A stretch of 64,000 nt of DNA from Octopus sinensis (Eukaryota): positions 3,410,001 through 3,474,000 of the forward strand of contig NC_043006.1 of the NCBI RefSeq assembly GCF_006345805.1, in the 5' to 3' direction. Made by a program: the position numbers and the translations under genes. The notes beneath the pieces were generated by a model. It worked only from the letters and a program-made list of their open reading frames with translations. It was not told the origin of the DNA and made no database searches. Positions 50,246-64,000 of the stretch are shown one piece after another. Every line of letters starts with the position of its first letter. Within the stretch, counting starts at the first letter, position 1.

Positions 50246-52604
50246 TCTTCGTCAACTATCATTGCTTCAAATCGAAGATCGTGCGAACTTTGGTTGTAGC
50301 GAAAGAGAAAGTTAAGTCTGAAAAATAGAGAGAAAAAATATTATACGAGAGAATGAGAAAGAAATAAGATATAAAAATTCACATCCTAAGAATATTTCAA
50401 ATTGAAATGATGAGAGAGAGAGAGAACGATATAAATATAATTGTAAGTGCAAAGGCATTGTTTGTATTTGTGAATACATTTTCATATTTAAATAACCGAA
50501 GCAACCGCATTTCAAGTTTTCAGTAAGGTAAATAGTATCTTACTAATGTTTTCGTTATTAAATAGATATTTCTTTCGTTATTTTACTTGCTTACAACAAT
50601 TTTTTTTGCTTCATTTTAGGAATATCAAAAATTATTGCTTTTTTATTTACAGCAAACTTCAAAATATTCTTTTACAAAATGTTTGATACAGAATATTATG
50701 TACTAATATGACCTAAATGTTATTCAATTCTTCAGATGGTTTCTGTTGGTAATTATCACTACATAAATTCTTCCAAATCATTTTAGACTGTTTAACAGTC
50801 TTGTGAGAGAAGCAACTTCTATATGATTCCAAAAAAATGTCTTTTGACAAGTACAGCTTGATGAAGATATATGTGGCATACAGAAATACATTTTATAAAT
50901 AATCTTATATTCAAAAATTTAAATAATAGTGTTGTACGTGTACCAACGATGCAAAAACAAAAAAGAAAATAAATAAATAAAACACACAATATCTAAGCAT
51001 GGTTTGCATAATGAAACAAAATTTATTATACTCATAATCAGTATTTGCAATAATGTAACCAAATTGAGGAAAAAAACAAATTGGTATCATCGAAACTTAA
51101 TGGCATCTAGAAATCAATATATTATTATATTATAACCAATACAATTTATCAAGTTTGTTTCGTCATATTAAGTAAAATTTTATTTTCGATATATTTTAGA
51201 ATTCGCCTGTTTTTTCAGGGTGCCATTTTCAGTCAAGCTCGACTGATATAATTTAAAACTCAAGATATTTCCCATTAAACACCAATTTATATATGATCAG
51301 TAATGCATGTGGAAAATTCGCGGTTATTTGGAAATTATGGAAGTTTATAGAGAACTTACAAAATACACGATTATATAATTTATATTAGAATTACTTGATT
51401 CTTGAGATGGAATAATATCTACTGCTGATGCTGGAGTTTAGGAAGAAAACAATCTAGAAAACTATATTCTTTGTGATACGATGGTCATTTCTACGTTGAG
51501 ATTTGGCGTCCATATGTTTTCATCTTTCTGTCAAGGAATAAAGAGTCTTAACTATCGAATGAAATCGAATACATAATCTGTATTTTACTTCGGATCGACA
51601 GCATAGAGAATATGACCATTTGTGGGATAAAGTGTGAACAAATTTTAATTTGATGTACAACATGCTTATCTTTATATCAAGAAAAGGGTGCGTAGTGTTG
51701 GAGGGACATCAGCAGTGTCATTGAACGTAGTACCGATGTTGCTCCTATGCAAGAGAGGATTTGAAAATTAAATTTATCAGTAACGTATGTATCATATTTA
51801 ATTCAAAATATTTATTGTCAGAGATAGTTCCTAAAATCCAAAGATACTTTCGAGCTCAAGCAAATCGAATAGATCGATTTGCATACTACAAAGCAGCTGA
51901 TTCAATAAATAAATTACTGATGCTAGCAATGCTTTATATGAATATTATACTTATCTACAGAGTACTTCTATAGACTCAACACTATATAACAGACAGGCGT
52001 GGACATCTTGTCTTTATATATTATATTTTCGATGACAAAGGAAAGAGGGATCAGCCAGCTTAGTCTCAATCTTTTATTTAGATTTCATTATTGACTGAGT
52101 TCTCCCTTTTAGTGCTGATAAACATTTTACAATTTACTACGCTTTTCAAATTGCCCAACGAATTATATACATACTTATAAAGAAATAAATATGGTGTGCT
52201 CAGTAAATGATACACACGACATTTACGCCCTTCGCGCGACTCTTACGCTGTTACATAGGCTGGCAATAGCAGAAAAGCATGCATACATGCCAGTATGACT
52301 TCGTAATATGTACGATGCTTTCGCTAATTACTCTAGGTGCTTATGTAATCTCGAGCAAGCATAGACGCACTCACAGGTCTGTAAGATATCTGAGAAAAAT
52401 TCAGGTTACAATAGCTGGAGAGAGATAGCTAATCAAACACTGAACTAATACTCATTTGCAGGTGAGTAGACAGGACTATATGAAAAAAAAGTACCTTGCT
52501 CAAGGAAATAACCCAAAGCCCATCCACTGAGGTTCATGAGCCTAATATCAAAGCCAATAGAAGAATATTATCGATCTCAGTGAAAGTTTTATACTATTGT
52601 GAAA

Positions 52605-52816
52605 TTTATATATATCTCTCTATCCGCTCAGTCGACGTCGACTCTCGGTCACTCGTTGGATCAGTATCCTCCAGTCAGTTCTATCCTGGACCGCATCCTT
52701 CAGATTAGCCATGTCCATTCCGGTGTCACTCCTGATGGTGTCAAGCCAGCGGGTTCTTGGTCGGCCTCTTCCTTTCTTGTCACTGACCATTCCGAGCATG
52801 ATGTCCTTCTCCAGGG
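52605..52816 (-). mobile_element. RTE-clade LINE 3' end, 5'-truncated, frame intact
   Basis: LEKDIMLGMVSDKKGRGRPRTRWLDTIRSDTG..AVQDRTDWRILIQRVTESRRRLSG*; flanked by (TA)n. Confidence 0.88.
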
Positions 52817-52889
52817 TTATATATATATATATCTTTGAGTAGATACATATATCTATAATTGAGTTCGTGTATGTGTGCGTGTGTGTGCG

Positions 52890-53065
52890 ATTTTTCTATG
52901 TGCATACCTATGTGTGTATCTTTGTGTCTGTCTCACACCACCACTTGTTAACCGGTGTTTAAAAAATGGCGGCAATTTTGCAAAATGTCCGATAGAATGA
53001 GTACCAGGCTTTAATAAATGTATAGCATTGCAACAGTCCAATGTCTGAAACAATTAAATGATGAA
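52890..53065 (+). mobile_element. SINE-B fragment
   Basis: AACCGGTGTTT..GATAGAAT.AGTACCAGGCTT..CAGTCCAATGTCTGAAACAA. Confidence 0.55.
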
Positions 53066-53464
53066 AACATAAAAATAATGTGTGTGTAAAATTATTTGCG
53101 AAAGAAGCATTGTTAACACAAAAAGGTAATACTTATCCACATTCAAAAGAGAATGTTGTGTTGGAACAAGAATACTGTGACAGTTAGCACGAGATAGACT
53201 CAAACCGGATTCCAGTGCATATAAGCACACTTGTTTACATCACTAGTGGCACTATCGCCACTGCCGAGACTATCAGATCATGTCATTTCGGCCTTCCCTG
53301 GCCTTGTCAATGGTAGACTGATCCGATGCTGGATATAGTAGCGATATCTCTGCTAGGGATATACATAGAATCACAGTTCCAAAAGAAGCACCGATGTCGC
53401 GAATACGCAGTGGGCTTATTAAAGATACCTTTCAGTGACAGAAGCTGCTTAATACCGACAGGTA

Positions 53465-54735
<1,271 letters not shown>

Positions 54736-54786
54736 GATTCTCTTGTCGTGCCAATGAATGAGGGTTCAGTAAAATAAAATCGTTAG

Positions 54787-55085
54787 TCATGTTCTATGGG
54801 CACGAATGTGCCTCTTGAGGCCCGCTGGTGCCTTACAAACTTTTCGGCAAATAGAACAAGTTGAGGACTCAGTTTGCTTGACTGATTGTGGACCATTCAT
54901 TATCTGTTTTCTTGAGTGGACGGCAAGGCCAGATTTCGTTCGTGCCACAAAACCACAACGATAGGTAAGGTTTCTATTTACCGTTTTGTCAGCGTGCCTT
55001 TATGCTTGCATGAAGTTGGTTCCGATGCCGGAGTCGACTTTGCTCAAATCTTTGAACTGAAGAGAAGCAGGGATCGCGTCCCTGA
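54787..55085 (-). pseudogene. Decayed ORF end with two C2H2-like fingers, probably an RTE-group LINE C-terminus
   Basis: ..TYRCGFVARTKSGLAVHSRK..STCSICRKVCKAPAGLKRHIRAHRT*; upstream in-frame stop; no TGEKP linker. Confidence 0.5.
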
Positions 55086-55134
55086 ACCTTTCGCCTAATA
55101 CCCACTTATAGAGGTTTCAATGTCTACTGTGTTT

Positions 55135-55136
55135 AC

Positions 55137-55224
<88 letters not shown>

Positions 55225-55225
55225 T
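55135..55225. repeat. (ATCT)n
   Basis: Read directly. Confidence 0.95.
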
Positions 55226-55500
55226 AGTCTGTTTGTCTATATATATGTGAGTGTGTGTGTGTGGAGGGGTGTATTATAGGTTCTATAGACCAAACAAGAC
55301 AATATATAGCTCAACACATGAATGTATTATCACCACTTTATTATTTTTATTCGGCAGAAAATTATAAATTGAACTCAGGTCTATAAGTTTCGTCTGTGAC
55401 ACCCTGGTAAGTGTCATAAGCTGAACATTTCTCTTGCTGATGCATAGTCAAAACATTTTGCCGATCAAAGATAATAAAAATATATGCATATAGGTGTATA

Positions 55501-55533
<33 letters not shown>

Positions 55534-55540
55534 TATATAT

Positions 55541-55575
<35 letters not shown>

Positions 55576-55578
<3 letters not shown>

Positions 55579-56040
55579 ATAGAAATATTAAAATTACTAA
55601 GTCTCTCTAAAAGAGAACAATGGCAGCGTTCCCGAAAATAATAGTTATCGCCATATTAGTATGGCGATAACTATTATCTTCCGGGAACGCTGCCGTTGTT
55701 CTCTTTTAGAGAGACTTAGTAATTTTAATATTTCTATTATTGAAAACAAGTGGATGTATTCCACCGAAGCTAGGTAAATAAAACCTTCGAACAGAGATTG
55801 TCAGAAGCGACACCTACTGGTCTGGCTACGCTACATTGAAAAGGGGCAATACCCCGAAACGCGTCTGTAGCTGCCGGTCAAGTAGTGTGGAGCGACTGAC
55901 CTCCCTTGTTCGAAGGTTATATGGATACAGTTTGTGTATCAAATAGCTAACTTAAGGCGATGGCCTCATGGAGCTAATAAGCGGACAGCTTTATTCTTAT
56001 TTTTATAAGAATGCCATATTAGTATGGCGATAACTATTAT
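55576..56040 (+). mobile_element. HHR element family H6: 363-bp unit with 28-bp terminal redundancy and a 165-bp fold-back
   Basis: Palindrome 55576-55740; GCCATATTAGTATGGCGATAACTATTAT at 55650 and 56013; between (TA)n tracts. Confidence 0.8.
55830..55871 (+). ncRNA. Minimal type I HHR with variant U3-A8 core
   Basis: GCUACA-UUGAAAA-GGGG(CAAUA)CCCC-GAAA-CGC-GUC^UGUAGC; perfect stems I and II; palindromic stem III ACGCGU. Confidence 0.7.
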
Positions 56041-56055
56041 ATATATATATATATA

Positions 56056-56511
<456 letters not shown>

Positions 56512-57363
56512 ACGGTATGTGGGGTGTGGGGTAGGGTTGTGCGTGTGTGTGTGATAAGATGTTTGTTTCACAGCTATGACTCCTGGTTCGTTCAACTGCA
56601 CTGTGTGGGCCCCTTGTATAAGTGGGGTCACACAGCAATTCACTTCGTTTCGAGATGATAAGCCACAGCAATGCTGAAATATCATTATCTAGTTTCCTCG
56701 CCTGGTCTCGCCTGGTGTTCTTTATTACTTGCTGCAGTGTAGGGAGCTTTCCCTGCACGCTACCCACAACAAATTTGGCGTAGAAACAAAACACATACAC
56801 TACGTATGTTGCTCGATAAAATTCACATTAATGGAACTGCTTTCAGTTCGTTTTACGTATACTTATATCTATACATAAAAATGACACAAAATTCGTCTTG
56901 GGTTTAAACCCTCATTAGACTTTTTATATGTCTAAGAAACACATTACAACAGATGTAAATAGATATCTGCATATTTTGTTAGACTAAAGCAGAGGGGTTG
57001 ACTTGACCAAAGTTTCGTTCGCAGATTGCTTACAAGTCACCTGCAATGCTATCGCTGCCCACAAACAAGATCTGCTCAACGCAAATCGAATACACTCATT
57101 CGGAGTCTATAAATATATTTTCGGAATTGTGTGTGTCACAACTGAGACCGAAACTTGATCACACCAAACTCGGTTTTGCAAACAGGTGTTTGTTCACATT
57201 TGTCATAGTCTGCTCATTACACATAAATAAATCTATGGACACAACTAAAACATAAGAGTTTTGATTATCCATGTTTGCTATTTAGTGCATTGATAATTAA
57301 AACTATATGTATTTGTTAATTTATTTTGTTATATCATATTTCATTTCAGATAGATGCTTACAT

Positions 57364-57775
57364 GCGTAGGAGTGGCTGTGTGGTAAGTAGCTTCCTTACC
57401 AACCACATGGTTCCGGGTTCAGTCCCACTGCGTGACACCTTGGGCAAGTGTCTTTTACTATAGCCTCGGGCCGACCAAAGCCTTGTAAGTAGATTTGGTA
57501 GACGGAAACTGAAAGAAGCCCGTCGTATATATGTGTACATATATGTATGTGTGTGTATACGTTTGTGTGTCTGTGTTTGTCCCCGCCAACATTGCTTGAC
57601 AACCGATGCTAGTGTGTTTACGTCCCCGTAACTTAGCGGTTCGGCAAAAAGAGACCGATAGACTAAGTACTAGGCTTACAAAGAATAAGTTCTGGGGTAG
57701 ATTTGCTCGACGAAAGGCGGTGCTCTAGCATGGCCGCAGTCAAATGACTGAAAGAAGTAACAGAGTAAAGAGAGT
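57364..57775 (+). mobile_element. Full-length SINE-B
   Basis: All SINE-B segments present. Confidence 0.92.
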
Positions 57776-57863
57776 ACATATTGACTTCTTCCACAGCAAA
57801 TGAAATCATCAACTTATCAAGAATCTGTCATCTGATGCATGTATGTATATACATACCATGTAC

Positions 57864-58020
<157 letters not shown>

Positions 58021-58594
58021 GGTAAAAACGGTAAGATAACAAAAGAAAGAAAAAACCTCAATATTATGTAAATAGAGGAAAGCGCTAATTCGAATGACCG
58101 CTAATTAAGATAATAAACACGTAAGCATGCCTGTTCATACGTACATATATACGCTCGGGCACAACGTGCGTACGTATACATTACTATGTATACTATGTAC
58201 GTATACATTACTAAAACGTACAAATCTTCACTCGCATTTTTCGCCAAATGTATATGCATATATATACGAACTCATACACACACACGCGCACTGTAAAAGT
58301 TCATATATACGTCTACATACGCACAAAATCCAGGGTTAAGGGTAACAATACAGAAAAAAAGGCATAGGGAAGTATACAAAGAGTAAACCACGTTCATATA
58401 CGGACATACCCTTATGCACGCACACACACACAGGCCCATATATGTACATACCCGTGCATGTCTATATGCGTATACACACACACACGCACGCACAAAAAAG
58501 GATTATACATACGCCCCCAAAAAACAGGAAAAATTTAAAAAATACTGAGTAAAAACGTGTATATATATATATATATATTATAATATATATATAT

Positions 58595-58826
58595 ATATAA
58601 AGGAAATGAAGAAAATGCTGACAAAATAATTTAAGTAATTTAAGTAATTTAATTAGGTGAAAGTTCTTTTTACCGGTTGCGCATTTGTTATGCTTATCAA
58701 AAGTTTTTTCCTCTAAAAAGAACTTGCACCTAATTAAATTACTTAAATTACTTAAATTATTTTGTCAGCATTTTCTTCATTTCCTTTTTTATATATCACA
58801 ACTCGTGTTCCACATCTCCTTTTTTA
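58595..58826 (-). mobile_element. Family F1 fold-back element, long form
   Basis: ~78-bp arms 58595-58672 and 58714-58793; same CACAACTCGTGTTCCACATCTCC tail as 31012-31103. Confidence 0.75.
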
Positions 58827-59019
58827 AATATATATATGTATGTATTCTTATGCCCGCACACACGCACACATCTATATACATAAATACCCACCCACTCGTA
58901 CATATCCACACACGCGTACAAATAAATCCATATACACGTCTATATAGGCACAAGGAAAAATGCAGGATGAAAGGTAGAGTACAGAAAAAATTATTGTGTG
59001 TAAAAATATAAAAATATAC

Positions 59020-59075
<56 letters not shown>

Positions 59076-59878
59076 AGAAAAAAGGTGGCCAGAATTTTGG
59101 AAATTTTTGTTTTGTTTATTCATTATTATTAGCACTTTCGTTCGTTTCTCGAACTTGTCAAATAGAAAGTTTTTAATCTACAAACACCTTGTTCATTTAT
59201 ATAAAACAGATGGGGTTTTTGGGGTTGTGGGGAGGGTTAGAAGAGAGCATTGTTTTCGTTTTTGTGGTGAGGTTCCATGACAATGGAGATAGATTGATAG
59301 AAATATAGGTCGGTAGATAGGTTTATATATAAATGAAAATTAACAGAGTGAGATAAAAAAATCTTGATATGAAAACAATGCAACGATTTATAGAAATCCT
59401 TTGTCTCAACCAACCAGTCACAATCAGATGTAGCTAGCATTTCAGGCAGAAACTTTCAGATTCAATACGTTCGAAATTGTTCGTCAGAAGCTGTAGCAGG
59501 GAAGAGGAATTAACCAAGCTGCAACACTGATGTTATTTGTAGAGAATATACATGATTGAAAGATGAGCAATTTAGCATTGTAACAGTAAACTGAACTGCT
59601 TATATTTAGGTTAACTCTACCAGCGTCTCGTCTTGAGTTGAGTTGTTAGGCATCAACAAATTGCCCCAAGCACACCTTGCAGAATACCTAACGTACGCAT
59701 CCCCAGGAGCATGTTCTATAGTATGATCATAAAATGCAAGGAGTTGCATGCTGTTTGCGAAGTGTTTATAAGGGTGTGCTTGACATATAAAGGTCGTTCT
59801 GAAGTATATCAATGTCAGCCGTACGCCAAAAGAAACATATGCACACGACAGCTCAGAGTGGCACTGTTGTATCATATA

Positions 59879-60560
59879 CAAGGTGTTTGGATAAAATTTC
59901 ACACTTTGCATTAAAGGAAACGGAAACAATATCCCATCCAAAAATAAAAGTATTTAAACAAAAATCAAATAATATCAACCAGATTATGGCTGGGAGATAA
60001 CAGTTTAGTCAAGGAAGCCGCCCTCAGCTTCCACCACGGCCTCAAGACGGCTCCGGAACCTATCACATGCGCTCCACATTGTGTTACAGGGAAGATCTTC
60101 GAACGCTTCCTTGATGTTAGCCCCCAACTCGGCTTTGGTGTTGTAGGCAGAGCGGTTGGTGTTTTGCTTTTCCAACGGCACCTAAAACAAGTATTACAGT
60201 CAGAGAAAATAGGAGGTCAGAAGTTGGGGCTGGTGAAGTAGTAGAAATTCTCCGACAACCACCTCAAGAAGCTGAAATCTACTGCCACACATGTGGCTTT
60301 TCAGCAGCAACTCTCTCCAACCAGTGATTGACCACAGTCTCCAGCAGAGTCTGAACTGAGTCTAATCCTCTGTTCAATGTTGTGCAGTGGCGTGACGACG
60401 TCACCGTTGCTGCTGACTCAACCAAAAGCCGTCACAGTTTTCATAATATCCATGCCACATCATTCACCACTTATAACGTTCTTAATACATTGAGCAGCTG
60501 TCATAATGTCGGCGTTTTGATACTCGGCGCGAATCATCTTGCCACAGATAACTCTTTTCC
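59879..60560 (-). mobile_element. DD37D (maT/mori-like) Tc1/mariner remnant
   Basis: TA + CAAGGTGTTTGGATAAAAT end; minus SSNGDV, LLETVVNHWLERVAAEKPHVWQ, WLSENFYYFTSPNF*PP..DCN, TNRSAYNTKAEL..ACDRFRSRLEAVVEAEGGFLD*; D-D spacing not measurable here. Confidence 0.7.
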
Positions 60561-61789
60561 AGTATTCAGATGGCTTCCAGTCTTCCATACCAGCTATTTT
60601 TCCTTAAGTACAGCTTTAAGTCTTTATGCTCTCCAATGTCGTTGACTGGTCACCAATATATCAAGCTCTTCCTGAAAAAGAGACATGAAATACAGTTAAA
60701 TTTAACTCGAACTCCGTGTATGGATTCAAGAGAAAATTTAAGATACTCCAAGTTACATCTACCCGTGTACAGACTGCCAGTAAGCATTTCATGTTTGTAT
60801 TAAATTTATCGGTGGTAATTGCATTTACATAAATTACATTGAATCCTTTCTAGGTGGTGGCCTTTAGCTTTCTTTAAGAAGGAAGGACGAATGACAGTTA
60901 AGTCTGAAGGAGTATTATAAGTGCAAGTGTGCACATGTGTGTGTGTGTGTGTGTGTGTGTACCTGCACGCACCCGTCCTTGTATCGCGCTTCGATTCTAA
61001 AATAATTTCGATTATACTGACGCAGATGGTGACCCATCATCTAAACACATACGTAATATAGCCAGACTGCTATAAGAAATACGAGAATAATCATTGGAAA
61101 AGTATTCAAGTGATAGACGTTCGAATATAAAAAAGTAACAGAAGTATCATTTAAAATAAACACAATTTTTCCTGTACGTCATAAACTATACTAAAAATGA
61201 TTATCGATTTATTGTATTTCGTTTTTTATTTCATGGGCGAGGTAGGGTTTTTAAGTGTGTGACGTCCACGCTTTACTGCAAGACATTCATTTTGTAAATG
61301 AAGCAAAGCGGCTAAAAATGACATACGAAAATGAGTCGAGAACTTTGTGGTTGGTGACATTTCAATGTTGTATGACGTTACCAACAAGCTGCTACACATA
61401 TAACACATATATCATAAACATTGAAATTTATCCAGGTTTTGGCCTCCCGTCAGAAACAGCTTGCTCCAAATGCAGTTACAAAATACATGCGTTGAAGAAG
61501 AATTGTTGTTGCTGTTGTTGTTTTTTACCTATCGCTGTTGTTCTGTCATTCCAGAGTCAGCACAGAACAAACTATTGAAAAGGGGCATTTAGACCGTGAC
61601 GATCTAGTCGTTTTGTACTTTGGAAATCAAAGTGTCCTTCATGAGTTATTCTTAAAGAAGGCAGTCAGCATCCTCCTGACTCCTTAAATGATCTCGAAAA
61701 TTGGCAGCAAGAATGCAGGAAGCCATTCTTAAATAGCAGACCTGCCTCTAAAAGAATAAACTCAAGGATAGTCAAGTTCCCCGATTCTT

Positions 61790-62035
61790 AGACCCCCTTC
61801 GGTCATGATTGACCATGGGATTGCATCTAGAAAGTTACCCTCCTAGACACAAGTCCGGGCAAGGTTGTTTTATGGAAGACCAGCAGTCAGCCATGCATAC
61901 CAGCCTCCCCTCTCCACGCCACCAGTGTTATCCAAGGGAAAGACAAAGGTCGATACAGTTTTGCACCAGTGACGTCGCAACTCATTTCTACAGCTGAGTG
62001 AACTGGAGCAACGTGAAATAAAGTGTCTTGCTTCC
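61790..62035 (-). mobile_element. Head-truncated SINE (family D) with RTE-like 3' tail
   Basis: Minus GCAAGACACTTTATTTCACGTTGCTCCAGTTCACTCAGCTGTAGAAATGAGT..CCATAAAACAACCTTGCCCGGACTTGTG. Confidence 0.6.
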
Positions 62036-62330
62036 CCGATGGTGGTGTTTAATCGGGTGACAATTTAAATCTAGCATTCAGTTAGGCCATGGCGGGATTT
62101 GAACTCAGAATGTAAAGAAGTGAACGAACAATGCAAGGCATCCAATTCCGCAAATCCATTTCCGTGAGTTATTTTTCGATCAACCCCCAAGGAAATGGAA
62201 GGCAAAATTTCAGGGAATTAGAGTGAATATGAGACATTTTATTCAACATTCTAAGAACTCTACCATTTTACCACCTTCGAGACCTTTGTGTGATTGGAGG
62301 AAAATTTAACCGAGTGATAGTCTCCGAATA

Positions 62331-63549
62331 CGAGGTCTGATCAATAAGTATCCGGACAGGTGCTATAAAAACAAAACTAGAACACGTACCAATTTAGCAT
62401 TTAATCTCATTTAAAGTAGTTTCCTTTGGAAGCCACACACTTAATCCATCGCTGTTTCCATTGATGGAAGCATTCCTGGATCTCGTTTTCTGGGATAATC
62501 CTCGACCTTCTGAAATCTTCTTCCTTTCAACGGGATTTAATTTTTGGAAAGAGGAAAAAGTCACAAGGTGCAATATCTGGGGAATACGGTGACTGTCGGA
62601 CCTAGGGAGTGCTGTGCCTAGCCAAAAGCTGCTGCACAAGCTGCGCTGAATGGGCAACTGCCACTCACCGGACGCATGCAATTGTGGCCTTTTGCGACGA
62701 ATAGTTTCCCATAAATGCCGCAAACGTCACAGTAGTCTCCTTGTTTTCTGTTTGATCAGGTGGTGCATGCTCATGATAAACAATTCCCTTGTAGTCGAAG
62801 AAAATGCTCTCATTGCCTCGATTCATTCATGCTTTCCTCGGTCACAGAGAGGTTGGGGGTCTTTCGCTGCGAAGACTGGGCTATTTTTCTTTTCGGGGTC
62901 ATAGCCATAGAGCCACGATTCATCACCTGTTATGTCCGTTTTAAAAAAAGTTTTCATCCTTCTCGAGACAATCAAGGAGATATTGTGCAACATGAATCCG
63001 CGTGTCGTTTTGGCACAAACTTGGCAGACACGCGTCTCATACCGAAATCTTCGGTGATAATGGGCTGAACTGAACCGTAACTAATCTGCGCATCCTCTGA
63101 TAACTCACGGATGGTGATTCAACGATTTTCACAGCTGCACACAGATCTGCAATGTTTTCCGTATCTCCGAGAACGTTCATCAATATCGACATTTGCTCGG
63201 CCATCATGGAAACGTCTGAACCACTTTTACATTTGTGTGCAATTCATACACTCCTCTCCATACACTTTCTGCGATCTTGCGTAGACCTCTGAGCAGGTAT
63301 TGCCAAGCTTTTGGAAAAATTTGATGCAGATCCTCTGCTCAAATTTCTCTGTCATGGTCAATGTGATGATCACACGCAACACACCTTCCTTCCAAGCACT
63401 GCTGTAAACAGTGGAAAGGGAGCTAGAAGTTAAAACTTAGTTCACATGCACAACAGAATCCATGGTCAATCTGTACCGAGCGGCTTCACGCTGCGTGCTT
63501 TAGCTTCGTTATTATGGCAACAGTCCGAACACTTATTGATCAGACCACG
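62331..63549 (-). mobile_element. Near full-length mariner, inactivated transposase (62407-63355)
   Basis: TIRs CGAGGTCTGATCAATAAGTATCCGGAC / GTCCGAACACTTATTGATCAGACCACG with TA at both ends; MTEKFEQRICIKFFQKLG..ITGDESWLYGYD..KCVASKGNYFK*. Confidence 0.92.
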
Positions 63550-64000
63550 TACATCTAGATTTAAGCCGCGTAGGTACCTGTGTGACAGAGCAAATTTCTG
63601 AAATATTAAGCGCTAGTTTAAACATTGAAAACATGGAATCCAACAGACAATTCTAAAATCTTCAGAAAACAGAATAGAAAAAGAAATATTACTTAAAGGG
63701 GACATTTTCCAGTGAATTCATATATCCGATACAAGGCTTTGCACATGACTGAACACAGAACGTCTTATTTTTATTTTCACTGTTGAATAGACTTGCTATA
63801 GTGAAATATGATAATACAATAAGTTAACACAATTGGTATCAATTTGAGTAGATGATTTAGAGGCTGAAGGTTAAAGAGATTTGTGGGTAGGCGGTTATTC
63901 CAACAAACGTTAGGTATTTTCTTGGCATGCAGCTTCACGCCGTACACACACACACTCTCATACACATACACGTCCACAAATACACATACCACACGTGCAT

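Noticed and set aside
51465-51530. KDENIWTPNLN after a minus-strand acceptor, recalling the Cys-loop receptor WxPD motif
   Set aside because: Too short, stop follows, weak donor, no other receptor exons found
51731-51973. Open frame YRCCSYARED..EIVPKIQRYFRAQANRIDRF
   Set aside because: Candidate intron would be only ~37 nt and no homology is recognised
55057-55090. CTGAAGA followed by the CAGGGA/TCCCTG hairpin
   Set aside because: No GAAA or stems I/III; lies antisense to a decayed coding region

Overview
AT-rich, repeat-saturated eukaryotic DNA, most likely an octopus or other coleoid cephalopod; this is inferred from the SINE families and dense TA/CA/GATA/CATA microsatellites, not from a search. 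I recognise no intact host gene, and most ORF-track entries are microsatellite or antisense artefacts. Transposon content: at least four tRNA-headed SINE families, five mariner remnants, a Tc1-like remnant, a DD37D-like remnant, a hAT derivative, a MITE, and LINE fragments (CR1/L2-group, RTE, R4/Dong-like). The main signal is a set of type I hammerhead ribozyme (HHR) motifs, folded by eye, in about seven unrelated short elements, mostly beside (TA)n tracts and often with fold-back inversions. (i) 40921-43390: about 5 copies of a ~495-bp unit, each with an HHR; one copy is inverted and four are direct, suggesting a retrozyme/circular-RNA template. (ii) 44995-45258: a Pol III tRNA-like head followed by an intact minimal HHR. 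(iii) 55576-56040: a 363-bp unit with terminal redundancy whose HHR core has the compensatory U3-A8 pair. No Penelope-type reverse transcriptase or GIY-YIG ORF is visible, so these look non-autonomous. All ribozyme activity and mobility claims are predictions and need testing.
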